The notes beneath the pieces are model-generated. The model ran no database searches, was not told the DNA's origin, and was given only the letters and a program-made list of their open reading frames with translations. Of a stretch of DNA of 63,450 nt, positions 12,473 to 22,806 are shown piece after piece. The stretch's first letter is position 1. Every line of letters starts with the position of its first letter. A program made the position numbers and the translations under genes. Source of the stretch: Octopus bimaculoides (Eukaryota); the NCBI RefSeq assembly GCF_001194135.2, contig NC_068982.1:144761239-144824688 (forward strand). Reading direction: 5' to 3'.

Positions 12473-12591
12473 TGTGTGTGTGTTTATATGTGTTTGTATA
12501 TATGTATATATATATATGTATGTCAATGTGTCATATATCTAAATAAGAACCACACTCTAAAGAATAGACCAGTAAATTATCAAAGTAATAA

Positions 12592-12753
12592 AGTTAATGT
12601 CTGGTCATAGAGTGACCAATGGTTTCACATCCACGAAAGACGTAGCTCTATGGAGTTAATTTTATTTTCAGACTAGAGTCTGAAGAGTTGTCCATGAAGC
12701 TATGGCTTTCGTGGATACAAAACCATTAGTCATTCTATGACCAGGCATTAACC

Positions 12754-12754
<1 letters not shown>
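12592..12754. mobile_element. MITE, Tourist/PIF-Harbinger-like
   Basis: ~55-bp imperfect TIRs (agttaatgtctggtcatagagtgaccaatgg / rc) and TAA on both flanks. Confidence 0.6.
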
Positions 12755-12814
<60 letters not shown>

Positions 12815-13125
12815 TTATATACTAAGTGTGACTAGGGCTTTCTTGGCTTGCTTCTCTATTAGCATATACGTTTTTGTCATCAAAATTAATGGATGATTTA
12901 ACAATTTGCTAATGTGTATACATAAAATTAATATAAACAGCAGGTTGCAATATTTCACCAAAAAGGAGAATTATGATTGTCGCTAAATGTGACTAGGGTG
13001 TTAAGAAACACCTAGATTGCTAGAAATATGAGCTAAAATGCTCCAATGCTGTATTTATTGCACATGAATGAAAACATATACACTAACAGGGATCTGAATT
13101 GTACGAAAAGTGCCAATTGAGAATT

Positions 13126-13174
13126 CTTAATACTGACGTCAGTTTCAGCAATCTCCGTTGCCTCATCAGTTAAG
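13126..13174 (-). ncRNA. Type I hammerhead ribozyme, palindromic helix III
   Basis: CTTAA-CTGATGA-GGCAAC GGAG ATTGCT-GAA-ACTGACGTCAGT-A/TTAAG; canonical core, GUA site. Confidence 0.82.
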
Positions 13175-13252
13175 CCTGCTCACTAAATCCTCCATTAATT
13201 TGGATGGTGTAAACATATATACTAATAGAGAAGCCAGCCGAGATTGAGCAGG

Positions 13253-13301
13253 CTTAACTGATGAGGTGATGGAGATTGCCGAAACTGACATGAGTATTAA
13301 G
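13253..13301 (+). ncRNA. Type I hammerhead ribozyme, second copy (helix III mutated)
   Basis: CTTAA-CTGATGA-GGTGAT GGAG ATTGCC-GAA-ACTGACATGAGT-A/TTAAG. Confidence 0.78.
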
Positions 13302-13503
13302 AATTCTCGATTGGCATTTTTCATATGATTCAGGTCCCTGTGAGTGCATGTTTTCATTCATGTGCATTAACTACAGCATTAGAGGATTTTAGCTTGTATT
13401 TCTAGCAACGTAGGTGTTTCTTAACACCCTAGTCACATTTAGTGACAATTATAATTCTCCTTTTTGGTGAAACATTGCAACCTGCTGTTTATATTGTATA
13501 TAT

Positions 13504-13731
13504 AGGCGCAAGAGTGGTTGTGTGGTAAGTAGCTTACTTACCAACCACATGGTTCCAGGTTCAGTACCATTGCATAGCACTTTGGGCAAGTGTCTTCTAC
13601 TATAGCCTCAGGCCGACCAAAGACTTAGGAGTGGATTTGATAGATGGAAACTGAAAGAAGCCCGTCGTATATATATATATATATATATAGGATCTTTCTG
13701 ATTTCGCAGGCGCCACTTTTTATTTATGTTA

Positions 13732-13763
<32 letters not shown>

Positions 13764-13960
13764 TGTGTGTGTGTTTGTCCCTCCAGCATCGCTTGACAAC
13801 CGATGCTGGTGTGTTTACGTCCCCGTAACTTAGAGGTTCAGCAAAAGGGACCGATAGAATAAGTACTAGGTTTACAAATAATAAGTCCTGGGGTCGATTT
13901 GTTCGACTAAAGGTGGTGCTCCAGCATGGCCGCAGTCAGATGACTGAAAGAAGTAAAAGA
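13504..13960 (+). mobile_element. SINE family A, full length
   Basis: Family match; abuts right arm of hammerhead repeat. Confidence 0.93.
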
Positions 13961-14108
13961 ATATATATGTGAGAACAGTGGAATGGCAGACAAGCTATAG
14001 TACTGGAATAAAATGCCTTGTGGTATTTTGTAATACCCCCTTTTTACACCCTGGCTTCAAATTGCTATTGTTTATACATTCAGATACACACACACACAAG
14101 CCATGATA

Positions 14109-14301
14109 GATCGTTGACCAAACACCATTCAATTTTTTTTCTCCGTGTTTTTCTCCTTGTTTTCTCCGTATTCTTTCTGTTGAAGAGCGTAGCTCAAAAC
14201 GTTAAAGACTTTCTGTATTCCAGAGCGTCAAACTAATACATCCTTTTGTTGTTTACACCACCTGTCTTCGTCTGTTGTTATTTTTCTTCGTCCATTCTCC
14301 C
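14109..14301 (+). mobile_element. Family E copy 2; hammerhead at 14172-14208 inactivated
   Basis: gctcaaaacgttaaag replaces gctcgaaacgtcaaag (GAAA and GUC site lost). Confidence 0.75.
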
Positions 14302-14310
14302 ATATATATA

Positions 14311-14350
<40 letters not shown>

Positions 14351-14610
14351 TGAAGTCACTTAAACACGTACGGTTATATATTAGGTCATTTTCTCAATAA
14401 TATGATTTTAATTTGCTGTTAGGTTAATTCGTTGCACAAGACATTAGTCAACAGCAGATGACGACTTACGATATCCGTCATCTATGTAAACTAAAACAGG
14501 ATTAAATACAGAATTATGAGAATGTTAGCCCAAATTGCAGAGGTGTTGGAGACTGAAAAGGTGGTCAGACTAGTTTATTACTGTTTCTCTCTTTAATTTT
14601 GAAACTTTAC

Positions 14611-14640
14611 TCTGATCTTTTCCACTTCAAGTTGTAGATA
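14611..14640 (-). CDS. Candidate 30-nt exon 2 (IYNLKWKRS(E))
   Basis: aatttacag acceptor, gtaaag donor, phase fits 11981-12059. Confidence 0.35.
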
Positions 14641-14730
14641 CTGTAAATTAGCGGTATGAAGCCAGACATGTAATGTCATTACACACACACTCGTGTGTGT
14701 GTGTGTGTGTGTGTGTGTGAGAGAATCTAC

Positions 14731-14870
14731 CCTGTCCGTACATTTGTAAGTAGTGTTTCCATAACTTGTGTATCATCAGGTGAAACTGCTTCAGATCTTC
14801 AGGATGGGTAACATATTCTATTCAAGATACAAGTTTTAAGAATCCCTGTGTATGACAGCGCCTTCTCGGC
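14731..14870 (-). CDS. Candidate 5'UTR/start exon; ATG at 14762 (METLLTNVRTG)
   Basis: Very strong polypyrimidine acceptor (tttctttctttctcttttccattttgttag), gtagat donor; in-frame TGA upstream of ATG; an alternative 14742-14817 exon (YVTHPEDLKQFHLMIHKLWKHYLQ) also fits the phase. Confidence 0.3.
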
Positions 14871-15632
14871 CTAACAAAATGGAAAAGAGAAAGAAAGAAA
14901 TGACGCATTCTCTCTCTCTCACTCATTCTTCTAAAAAAGAAAAGAAAATAGGGCAAGGGATATTTATTTTCACTGTCTGTAATTAATACAATACAGCTAT
15001 AGATATACAAAAGAACTTTATTATCTGAACAGAAAACAAAAAAAAAAATATTCTCCAAAATGGAACGATATACATAAAATATTTATAATCATTTGGAAGA
15101 TTAAGAGAGAAAACGAAAAAAAAAAAGTATTAAAATGGCGCCTGTTTAAAAATAGAAATCTGGAGAAGGCTTCCATTTTATATTGTGTTTAAAATTTATA
15201 TACTGTGGGATAATTCTAGCTTAGTCATAAATTAACCCTAGTTTACATTTAGTCGAAAAGAATCGCATGGTCTCTAGCAAAAAAGTGTTCCTTTAATGGT
15301 ACTGCATTTATTTCCGAGCATTAGAGTAAGTTTGTTTATTTCCCCCCATATTTAATGGATTCTGATTTAATGATCTATAGCTATTAAGGTAATCAACATT
15401 TGTCCAGCTATTTGGGGACTATCTTGCACTTTCATAGTACAGTGATCGGATGTACAGATACCATTTAATAACCAATTTAACTTACATCTACTAAACCAAT
15501 GTGAGAACCTTGGGTTCGTAACCATTTTTCACCTGTGGACCCCTTTGGTTCCTCTTAACCATTTGATGTTTCAAAGAATCATATATTTTTATAATTAAAT
15601 ATTATTAAGAATTAAAATTTAAAAAATGTTAA

Positions 15633-16032
15633 CGCAGGAGTGGCTGTGTGGTAAGTAGCTTGCTTACCAACCACATGGTTCAGGGTTCATTCCCACTGCG
15701 TGGCACCTTGGGCAAGTGTCTTCTACTATAGCCTCGGGCCAACCAAAGTCTTGTGAGTGGATTTGGTAGACGGAAACTGAAAGAAGCCCGTCGTATATAT
15801 GTATATATATGTATGTGTGTGTATATGTTTGTGTGCCTGCGTTTGTCCCCCCAACATCGCTTGACAACCGATGCTGGTGTGTTTATGTCCCCGTAACTTA
15901 GCGGTTCGGCAAAAAGAGACCGATAGAATAAGTAGTAGGCATCCACAGAATAAGTCGTGGGGTCGATTTGCTCGACTAAAGGCGGTGCTCCAGCATGGCC
16001 ACAGTCAAATGACTGAAACAAGTAAAAGAGTA
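15633..16032 (+). mobile_element. SINE family A, full length, CpGs retained
   Basis: Family match. Confidence 0.95.
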
Positions 16033-17009
16033 TTGTAGAAATATGACCAATTTTTTATCACATAAATTTTAACAACAAAATCATATATAGACCTCCCACT
16101 TCCAGGGCTATACGGACTCCAGTTGAGAACTACTGCTCTAAACGGTCGAACATCAACCAAGAAATAGTAGCCATGTCACCCCTCAAATCACAGACTACCG
16201 TTATAAAAAACACAAAAAGACACTTTAAACACTGTAGCCCTTGATACACAATCTGAAATAGGGGGTGGATTGACAGGGGTGTTACAAGGAGATGCCTGTA
16301 TTATTATTCTGCTCAGTTAAGGTAGACTAAGTTTAAACACAACGACTTAATTAGTGCTAAAAATACCACCCAAAACTTTTTATTCAATATAAACTCATCA
16401 ATTGTAGGTTGTTTATGAGCAGATTCAATCAGTGACAATAAAATATAGTGAATAAAATAATTATTTGATAAAATTTTAGTTAATTGTTTAATGTTCAGCT
16501 AGTTACTGAATAGTTTCCTTTATAGAATAATTTTATAAGTAAAATATTTCAGTTCCTTCAAAGACTATCCCAAAAGTCAAAATCCTGTAATAAATGGCCA
16601 GTTTCTTTCTCCTCTCTTTCTTTTTTCTCGTATACACACATTCCATCTTTTTATCTTATTTATTTATGTTTGCTTATTTGGGTTCACTTACATTTCGGCC
16701 AAGGAATTCTCTTGAATTACACCAAGAACTTTTTACAAAGAACAACATTGACAGTTAACGATAAATTCCAGACGACATTGTTAGACATAATACCCTAACC
16801 CCTTTTGACTTATCTTCGCTGCTAATCTCCGACTCTATCATCACTCGCATCACACACACACACACACACGCTACACTTCCCCCGCCAACTAACGACATTA
16901 CATTCCTTACTAGAAAATATCACACGCAAATCACACATATACCATTACCACTGTCAACAGAACATTAACAGCTAAAACACAACACACACACACAGAACCA
17001 GAGGGCGTT

Positions 17010-17860
17010 TCTACGAGGTCACTCGACTTGCTGGAAAATAACAGCAGCCAAATTTCTTTCTAATCACATTTTGCTATCTTATAAAATGAAGGACACGTTA
17101 GATAATGTAGTCCAAGATAGCCCATGCCTGAGTATTTGCTAGAAAATAGTAACCAAATTTCCTTCAAATCACATTTTGCTATTTTATAAAAAGAAGAACA
17201 CATTAGATAATGTAGTCCTAGATTATGCTTGAGTAGCCATAGCTGGAACGTCTTTGGCAGGTCAGTTCGATTAGATCTGACCTGGGAGCGATGCAAGTAC
17301 AGACACACGAGTACAACACCCGTTCCTTCCCAACTCCATTATTACACAAATACACATCTATACAAACTACCAGCTTCATACAGAGAGCCGTCAAAACTGA
17401 CACATGTAATACAAACATAGGCAAGCACAGACACGCAGTTTCACACACACACACACACACACACGTGTATGTATCTCAATAAGGAAGCCACTAAGAGGTC
17501 GTTCGAGTTGCTAAAAATAACAGTAAAATCTCCCTCAACTCATACCCTACAGTCTTTCTTGAAAAAAAGACATATTGGATGATATAGTCCTAAATACTCT
17601 ATGTATGAATAAAAGACTGGGGGGGGGGTCATGGCTGGAATGACTTTGATCCTAATTTGACTCAACAGAGTTGAGCGGTGGCTAAATAACAGCGGAGGCA
17701 CCTCTTTGTGGTTATTTGACCTGCTAGAAATAGTATCAAATTTCCTCAACTTACACCCTGTCAACTTAAAAAAAGGAAGAATACATTGAAAAATAGCAGT
17801 CAAAGCTAGAATGCCTTTGGTCATAGATCTGCTCGATTGGGGCTAACCTGGAATTAAAAG
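17010..17860 (+). repeat. Cluster of four degenerate copies of unclassified repeat family F
   Basis: Unit ..ttgctagaaatagcagccaaat..tcaaatcaca..cattggataatgtagtcc; other copies ~4840, 16160, 23745, 44115. Confidence 0.75.
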
Positions 17861-18381
17861 ACCATCAACATAAACGTATACCATTGAGTGTCATATATAC
17901 CGGGCATGACTTATCGACAGCGACATGAACATACACTGTGGTCTCATATAACAAGCTATGACATAAACATACACACACTATCGTCTCATTTACGACAGCA
18001 ACGTGAAAATACGGGCACAGAGCCGATTTTATATACTCTCGCTTTCCTCGTCTACAAAAACAAGTCTGAAGCAAGTTGTGGAGTTGGATTTATCCATTAC
18101 ATTTGATGACAGTTCTGAGTAGATTTGTCATCAGTAACATATTCTGAACAAACAACGAAACTGTTGTATTTATGTGCATGTTTCGTTTGTTTGTTTATTC
18201 GTTTGTCACGAAATGAATCAGAGAGTGGGAGAGAAAGATAAGGGGAAACGAAGAAAGAAAAAAAGGTGTAAAAAATATAGAATAAAACATGGAGGAACAG
18301 GAATGGATGGAAGAGGAAAATGAAAGTTTAAAGGGCGATAGAGAGAAAAAAGAACTTATTGCAGAAAGAATCTTTTCTACT

Positions 18382-18572
18382 CTAGGCACAAAATCCGAAA
18401 TTTTGGGAGAGGGGGGGGGGCAGTCGATTAGATCGACTCTAGTACGCAGCTGGTACTTAATTTATCGACCCCGAAGGATGAAAAGCAAAGTCGACCTCGG
18501 CGGAATTTGAACTCAGAACGTAAAGACAGATGAAATACCGCTAAGCATTTCGCCCGGCGTGCTAACGTTTCT
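18382..18572 (-). mobile_element. SINE family B, tail variant B1
   Basis: Tail aggcacaaaatccgaaattttgggagaggggg as at 44521-44735. Confidence 0.92.
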
Positions 18573-18806
18573 TATCTCTTTATTGCCCACAAGGGGCTAA
18601 ACATAGAGGGGACAAACAAGGACAGACAAAGGGATTAAGTCGATCACATCGACCCCAGTGCGTAACTGGTACTTAATTTATCGACCCCGAAAGGATGAAA
18701 GGCAAAGTCGACCTCGGCGGAATTTGAACTCAGAACGTAACGGCAGACGAAATACCGCTAAGCATTTCGCCCGTCATGCTAACATTTCTGCCAACTCACC
18801 GCCTTC
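18573..18806 (-). mobile_element. SINE family B, tail variant B2, near-consensus
   Basis: Full head, core and tail, CpGs intact. Confidence 0.95.
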
Positions 18807-18920
18807 TTATTGCAGAAAGACAGAAAGGTAGAACGAAAGAAATGGAGAGGAGGATCAAACGAGTAAGGCAAAGGTTTGAGAGAGAGAGAGAGTAAGAGAT
18901 GGAGAAAGAGGCAAAGATTT

Positions 18921-18977
<57 letters not shown>

Positions 18978-19316
18978 TTTTCAAACCAGAATAACAGAAA
19001 GAGACGAAGGGGAAAAATAGACAAAGTTGAAAAGTGGAAAACAAGAAAGAAGGAGAAAACTAGTTTTAAAAAAGGAAACAATAAAGAAAAGTGTTAAAGG
19101 AAACGAAAGGAGGAAAGAAATCGGAAGATGATAATAAAAGAATGCAAGAGAGACGATAAAGACAAAAGAGAGGAAAAGATCGAGAGTAATATCTACAAAA
19201 TCCTATATTATTTTACTAGTGTCGAACTTAACATATTTCGGTTGAAAATAAATAACTGCGCATACATAGTTACTCTTTTAGCCCCGAGACCAAAACACGT
19301 CTCTCCATCCCCCCCC

Positions 19317-19354
<38 letters not shown>

Positions 19355-19909
19355 GTGAAAAGGTGAGATACAGAAAGGATTAATGAAAAAGGACTTAAAT
19401 ATGGAACACCTCTCGTCTGCCATGCGGTCTAGAATCAGCTTGGTTTCAGTGGTTGTAAATATCATAATAATCATTACAGAGTAAAAGACTTAGAACATTG
19501 AGGAAAATAACATACTAGTGAGGCGAGAAATTACACACAAATGCATGTAATACGCACACAAATAAACTCATACAAATTAATAAATATGAAGGACGATATA
19601 CTATAATAACCATTCATATATTTATAATAGATTGTAATTATTACCACCAATAAATCGAGATTAGCGTGTTTGTTTAGTGGTTATGCACTATGATCTGCTG
19701 TTTTATATTCAGAAAAATCTCTGGTAATCTTCAGATGTAAAACACAAGCACTCAACGCGAATATTAAAGCAACAGTCATGTGATTTCGAGTTCAATCCCA
19801 CTGGTCTGGCAAACAGTAGCGTAGCTAGAGTAGGGTCTGCCCCGAGCGACGCTTTTAGAAGAGCAGCAACTTTTGGTTCTACTGTATAAACCTGTATAGG
19901 CGGTGTGAG

Positions 19910-20230
19910 GGTGCATAGCTTAGTGGTTAGGAGCATTTGGCTCACGACCAAACGGTTGTGAATTTGATACCTGACGGTGCGTTGCGTCCTTGAGCAAGGC
20001 ATTTTATTTTCAAGTTACTCCAGTTCACTCAACTGATAAAAATGAGTAGTACATGTATTTCGAAGGGTCAGCCTTGTCACATTCTGTGTTATGTTGATTC
20101 TTCTTGATAACTACGGTAAGGGTACGTATATCTGTGGAATGCTCAGCCACTTGCACGTTAATTTCACGAGCAAGTTGTTCTTTGATCGAATCAACTGCAA
20201 TACTTGTCGTCGTAACCGACGGAATTCCAG
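19910..20230 (+). mobile_element. SINE family D (tRNA-like head, core, long 3' tail)
   Basis: tagcttagtggttagg A-box; tail ..ctcagccacttgcacgttaatttcacgagc.. shared with 34455-34918 and 62354-62510. Confidence 0.85.
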
Positions 20231-20969
20231 TATAGACTATGTTGCCGGGGATGAGAGAAACTTAAGGGTTCACCCGGGCGGCACACACTCTAGCTATGCC
20301 ATTTGCTGGTACATTGCACCAGTGTCTTGGGAATCTGGTACACAAAAACAGTATAAAAATCTGTCGTTACACACATTGTGTGAGTATGTGTACATGCATG
20401 CATATGCATACCAGGCAAATATAACATTAGAGACAAATAACAGTAATATTGTTTCTAATATAGGTGCGAGGCATGAAGTTTGAGGGGAATAGAAACGCCA
20501 AGTAAATCAACCTCAGTAGGGGAGACCGAGTCTAGTTGTTATATTTTTTCATTTTTCCCCTTGGCTCCCACATAAATGAACATAGCTAAAGTTTCTTTTC
20601 AGATTTAATTAGTAAAACATCTCTATTTATTGTTATCACCAGCAAAAAAACAGAAATTACATAACATTAATTAGACAGGTTCTAATTAATGAGTTGGTGT
20701 CAGCTGTAACAAATTTCCCCGAGTGCGGAGTACATTGTGACACTTACTGGGGTACTTTGTTACAACTGTCGATAAGTCGGAATCATGTTAACAAACAAGT
20801 TTAAAATGAATACGTCTCCTGCTTCTTGCATCTAGGAAGTATTATTTTAATTAATTAACTGTGCTTTTGAACCACCTCATATCCTAACTGTGATACTGAG
20901 AGTCCTCATCAGCCAATTTCCCCATTGTTACATGTGCCATCTAGTCGGAATCGTCCTTCTCACCGAAGA

Positions 20970-21344
20970 TCACAGAAAGTCCTGTCGTCCATCGGGACAG
21001 TCAGTGTGTGCCCAGTCGTTACAGATCATGCATTGCACCCATTCTTCACCTGGAAGGGAGTTGGAATACCAATCTGAGCAGACAAGGCATTTCCAATCGG
21101 CGACTTGCTTGCTGCGAGGCTGCTTCCCTTTGTCTTTACCTCTTTTAGTTGACTTTCCCTTCCCCTTTGTTGCTTTTTCTGTACCAGTTGCCGTCTTTGG
21201 TTTGGATTTCCGTTCGTTTATTTCATCCACTATGCGCCGTTGTACGGCAACATCCCGTAATGGTTTATTTTCATCCACAACTTTTCTGGCGGCTCTTTCC
21301 ATGACATCCCCCCTTGTAGTCTTCCTTTTGTAATTTCTAGGAAT
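20970..21344 (-). pseudogene. Internally deleted pogo-like transposase: N-terminal psq-type HTH start fused to C-terminal PHD-like finger
   Basis: IPRNYKRKTTRGDVMERAARKVVDENKPLRDVAVQ|RRIVDE..WKCLVCSDWYSNSLPGEEWVQCMICNDWAHTDC; no DDE core. Confidence 0.78.
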
Positions 21345-21688
21345 GGCGTGTTAAACTGAAATAGAAGGTGTAAGTTGTTACATGCCTGGGGTAAGTTGAT
21401 ACATTGTAACAATTAGCCCCGACCATGGATTTCTAGGGATTACTTCGTACACAGCACTAGCAATGCATGGCATCCAGGACACACCTTCATGTATCGAAGG
21501 CAACTTCCAACACTTCCTAATGAGCCACAAACTACTTCAGTAACACCACATATGCTTTGGCAGTTAAGGAAATAACTTTGTGGCAAAATTCACTTTTGGA
21601 GTAAAAAATCGTTTTTTGAGCCATACTTTTCCTCGTTTCACCCCGCCAATGCAATACACATGTGCAGTCATGATGCTATGGAGTTGGC

Positions 21689-22806
21689 TGTAGTGAAACT
21701 AACACCTCGATCGCCACTACATATGAAACTACCTATCGCCATTAGATACAAAACTGCTATCGCCATTCTTCTCATTTAGATATAAACAAACGCGGGCGTA
21801 GCGGAGAACCCATTCCTTGTCATCACGTGACTGATTAATATTCGAAGCGGCAACTTCTTCGAACCGTTCCCGCCAGAACGCAAACTGACCAATCACAGCC
21901 CTTAATAAGGTCACGTGATAGTGTTTTTCTGCTACCGTCTTGGAGCCCTCTGAACGCTATAAATAGATCAACTCATACCCACCAAATTGGTCTCGGTTCA
22001 GTTTCTCTTTGAGATCTGTTCCGTGTACCACACGACAGCAGCAGCAGCGGCAGCCAGCGACACATCAACAGCTTCGTCCAACGATGACCACCGCCGCCGC
22101 CACATCAGCAACACGAGTCTACGACTACTAACCAGCATCATCGTCATNNNNNNNNNNNNNNNNNNNNNNNNNNNNNNNNNNNNNNNNNNNNNNNNNNNNN
22201 NNNNNNNNNNNNNNNNNNNNNNNNNNNNNNNNNNNNNNNNNNNNNNNNNNNNNNNNNNNNNNNNNNNNNNNNNNNNTAAACAGACAACAATCTCAGCCAG
22301 CGACGAACATCTGTATAACAAGAATCACGGCCCGGCATGGAAGCCACGACATCACAACTAGTGATCAGCTCTGCCACACAGCCTCAACTCCCTTCACATA
22401 CAGACTCATACTAATGGTACTCTAAGAACTGGTATAAATGCTCACGTGTTATTGACTCTCTTTCTATCTGCTGTAATATCTCACATACACATACATGTAT
22501 CACTCACATACATACTTTTCTTTGTATGACGGCCTGTCTTTGATTATGTTTTTATATGTCGCATTCACACTCACACACAGACATACATCTTTAACGCCAT
22601 AATAAATACCTCTGTTATTCATCTAATACGGTTGTGGTCTTTCATTACTGGTCATTTATGTTATCGTAGTATAACATCATTATGTATATCATATTTGATA
22701 TATATTATTTTGTGTTCGACCGTGTGACACGTTTAAATAAAAGGAGTCCTCTGTTTTTCCATTCGTCACCATTTCCCCTTTTTGAGTTCGCACGGTCGTC
22801 CTTACA
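21689..22806 (+). mobile_element. Solo LTR (Gypsy-like), contains 130-N gap
   Basis: TGTA...TACA termini, perfect 4-bp TSD TGGC, CCAAT 21889, TATAAATA 21958, AATAAA 22601 and 22736. Confidence 0.82.

Larger units (their letters stand above)
12822..13495. mobile_element. Inverted duplication of a hammerhead-bearing ~340-nt repeat (retrozyme/Penelope-like)
   Basis: Arms 12930-13182 and 13245-13495 are reverse complements; spacer 13183-13244 recurs inverted at 12841-12901. Confidence 0.75.

Noticed and set aside
14795-14803. In-frame TGA in candidate exon as possible selenocysteine
   Set aside because: No Sec-type motif or visible SECIS; simpler as a 5' UTR stop upstream of the ATG
19910-19990. 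tRNA-like sequences
   Set aside because: SINE heads with A/B boxes continuing into repeat bodies; no complete cloverleaf
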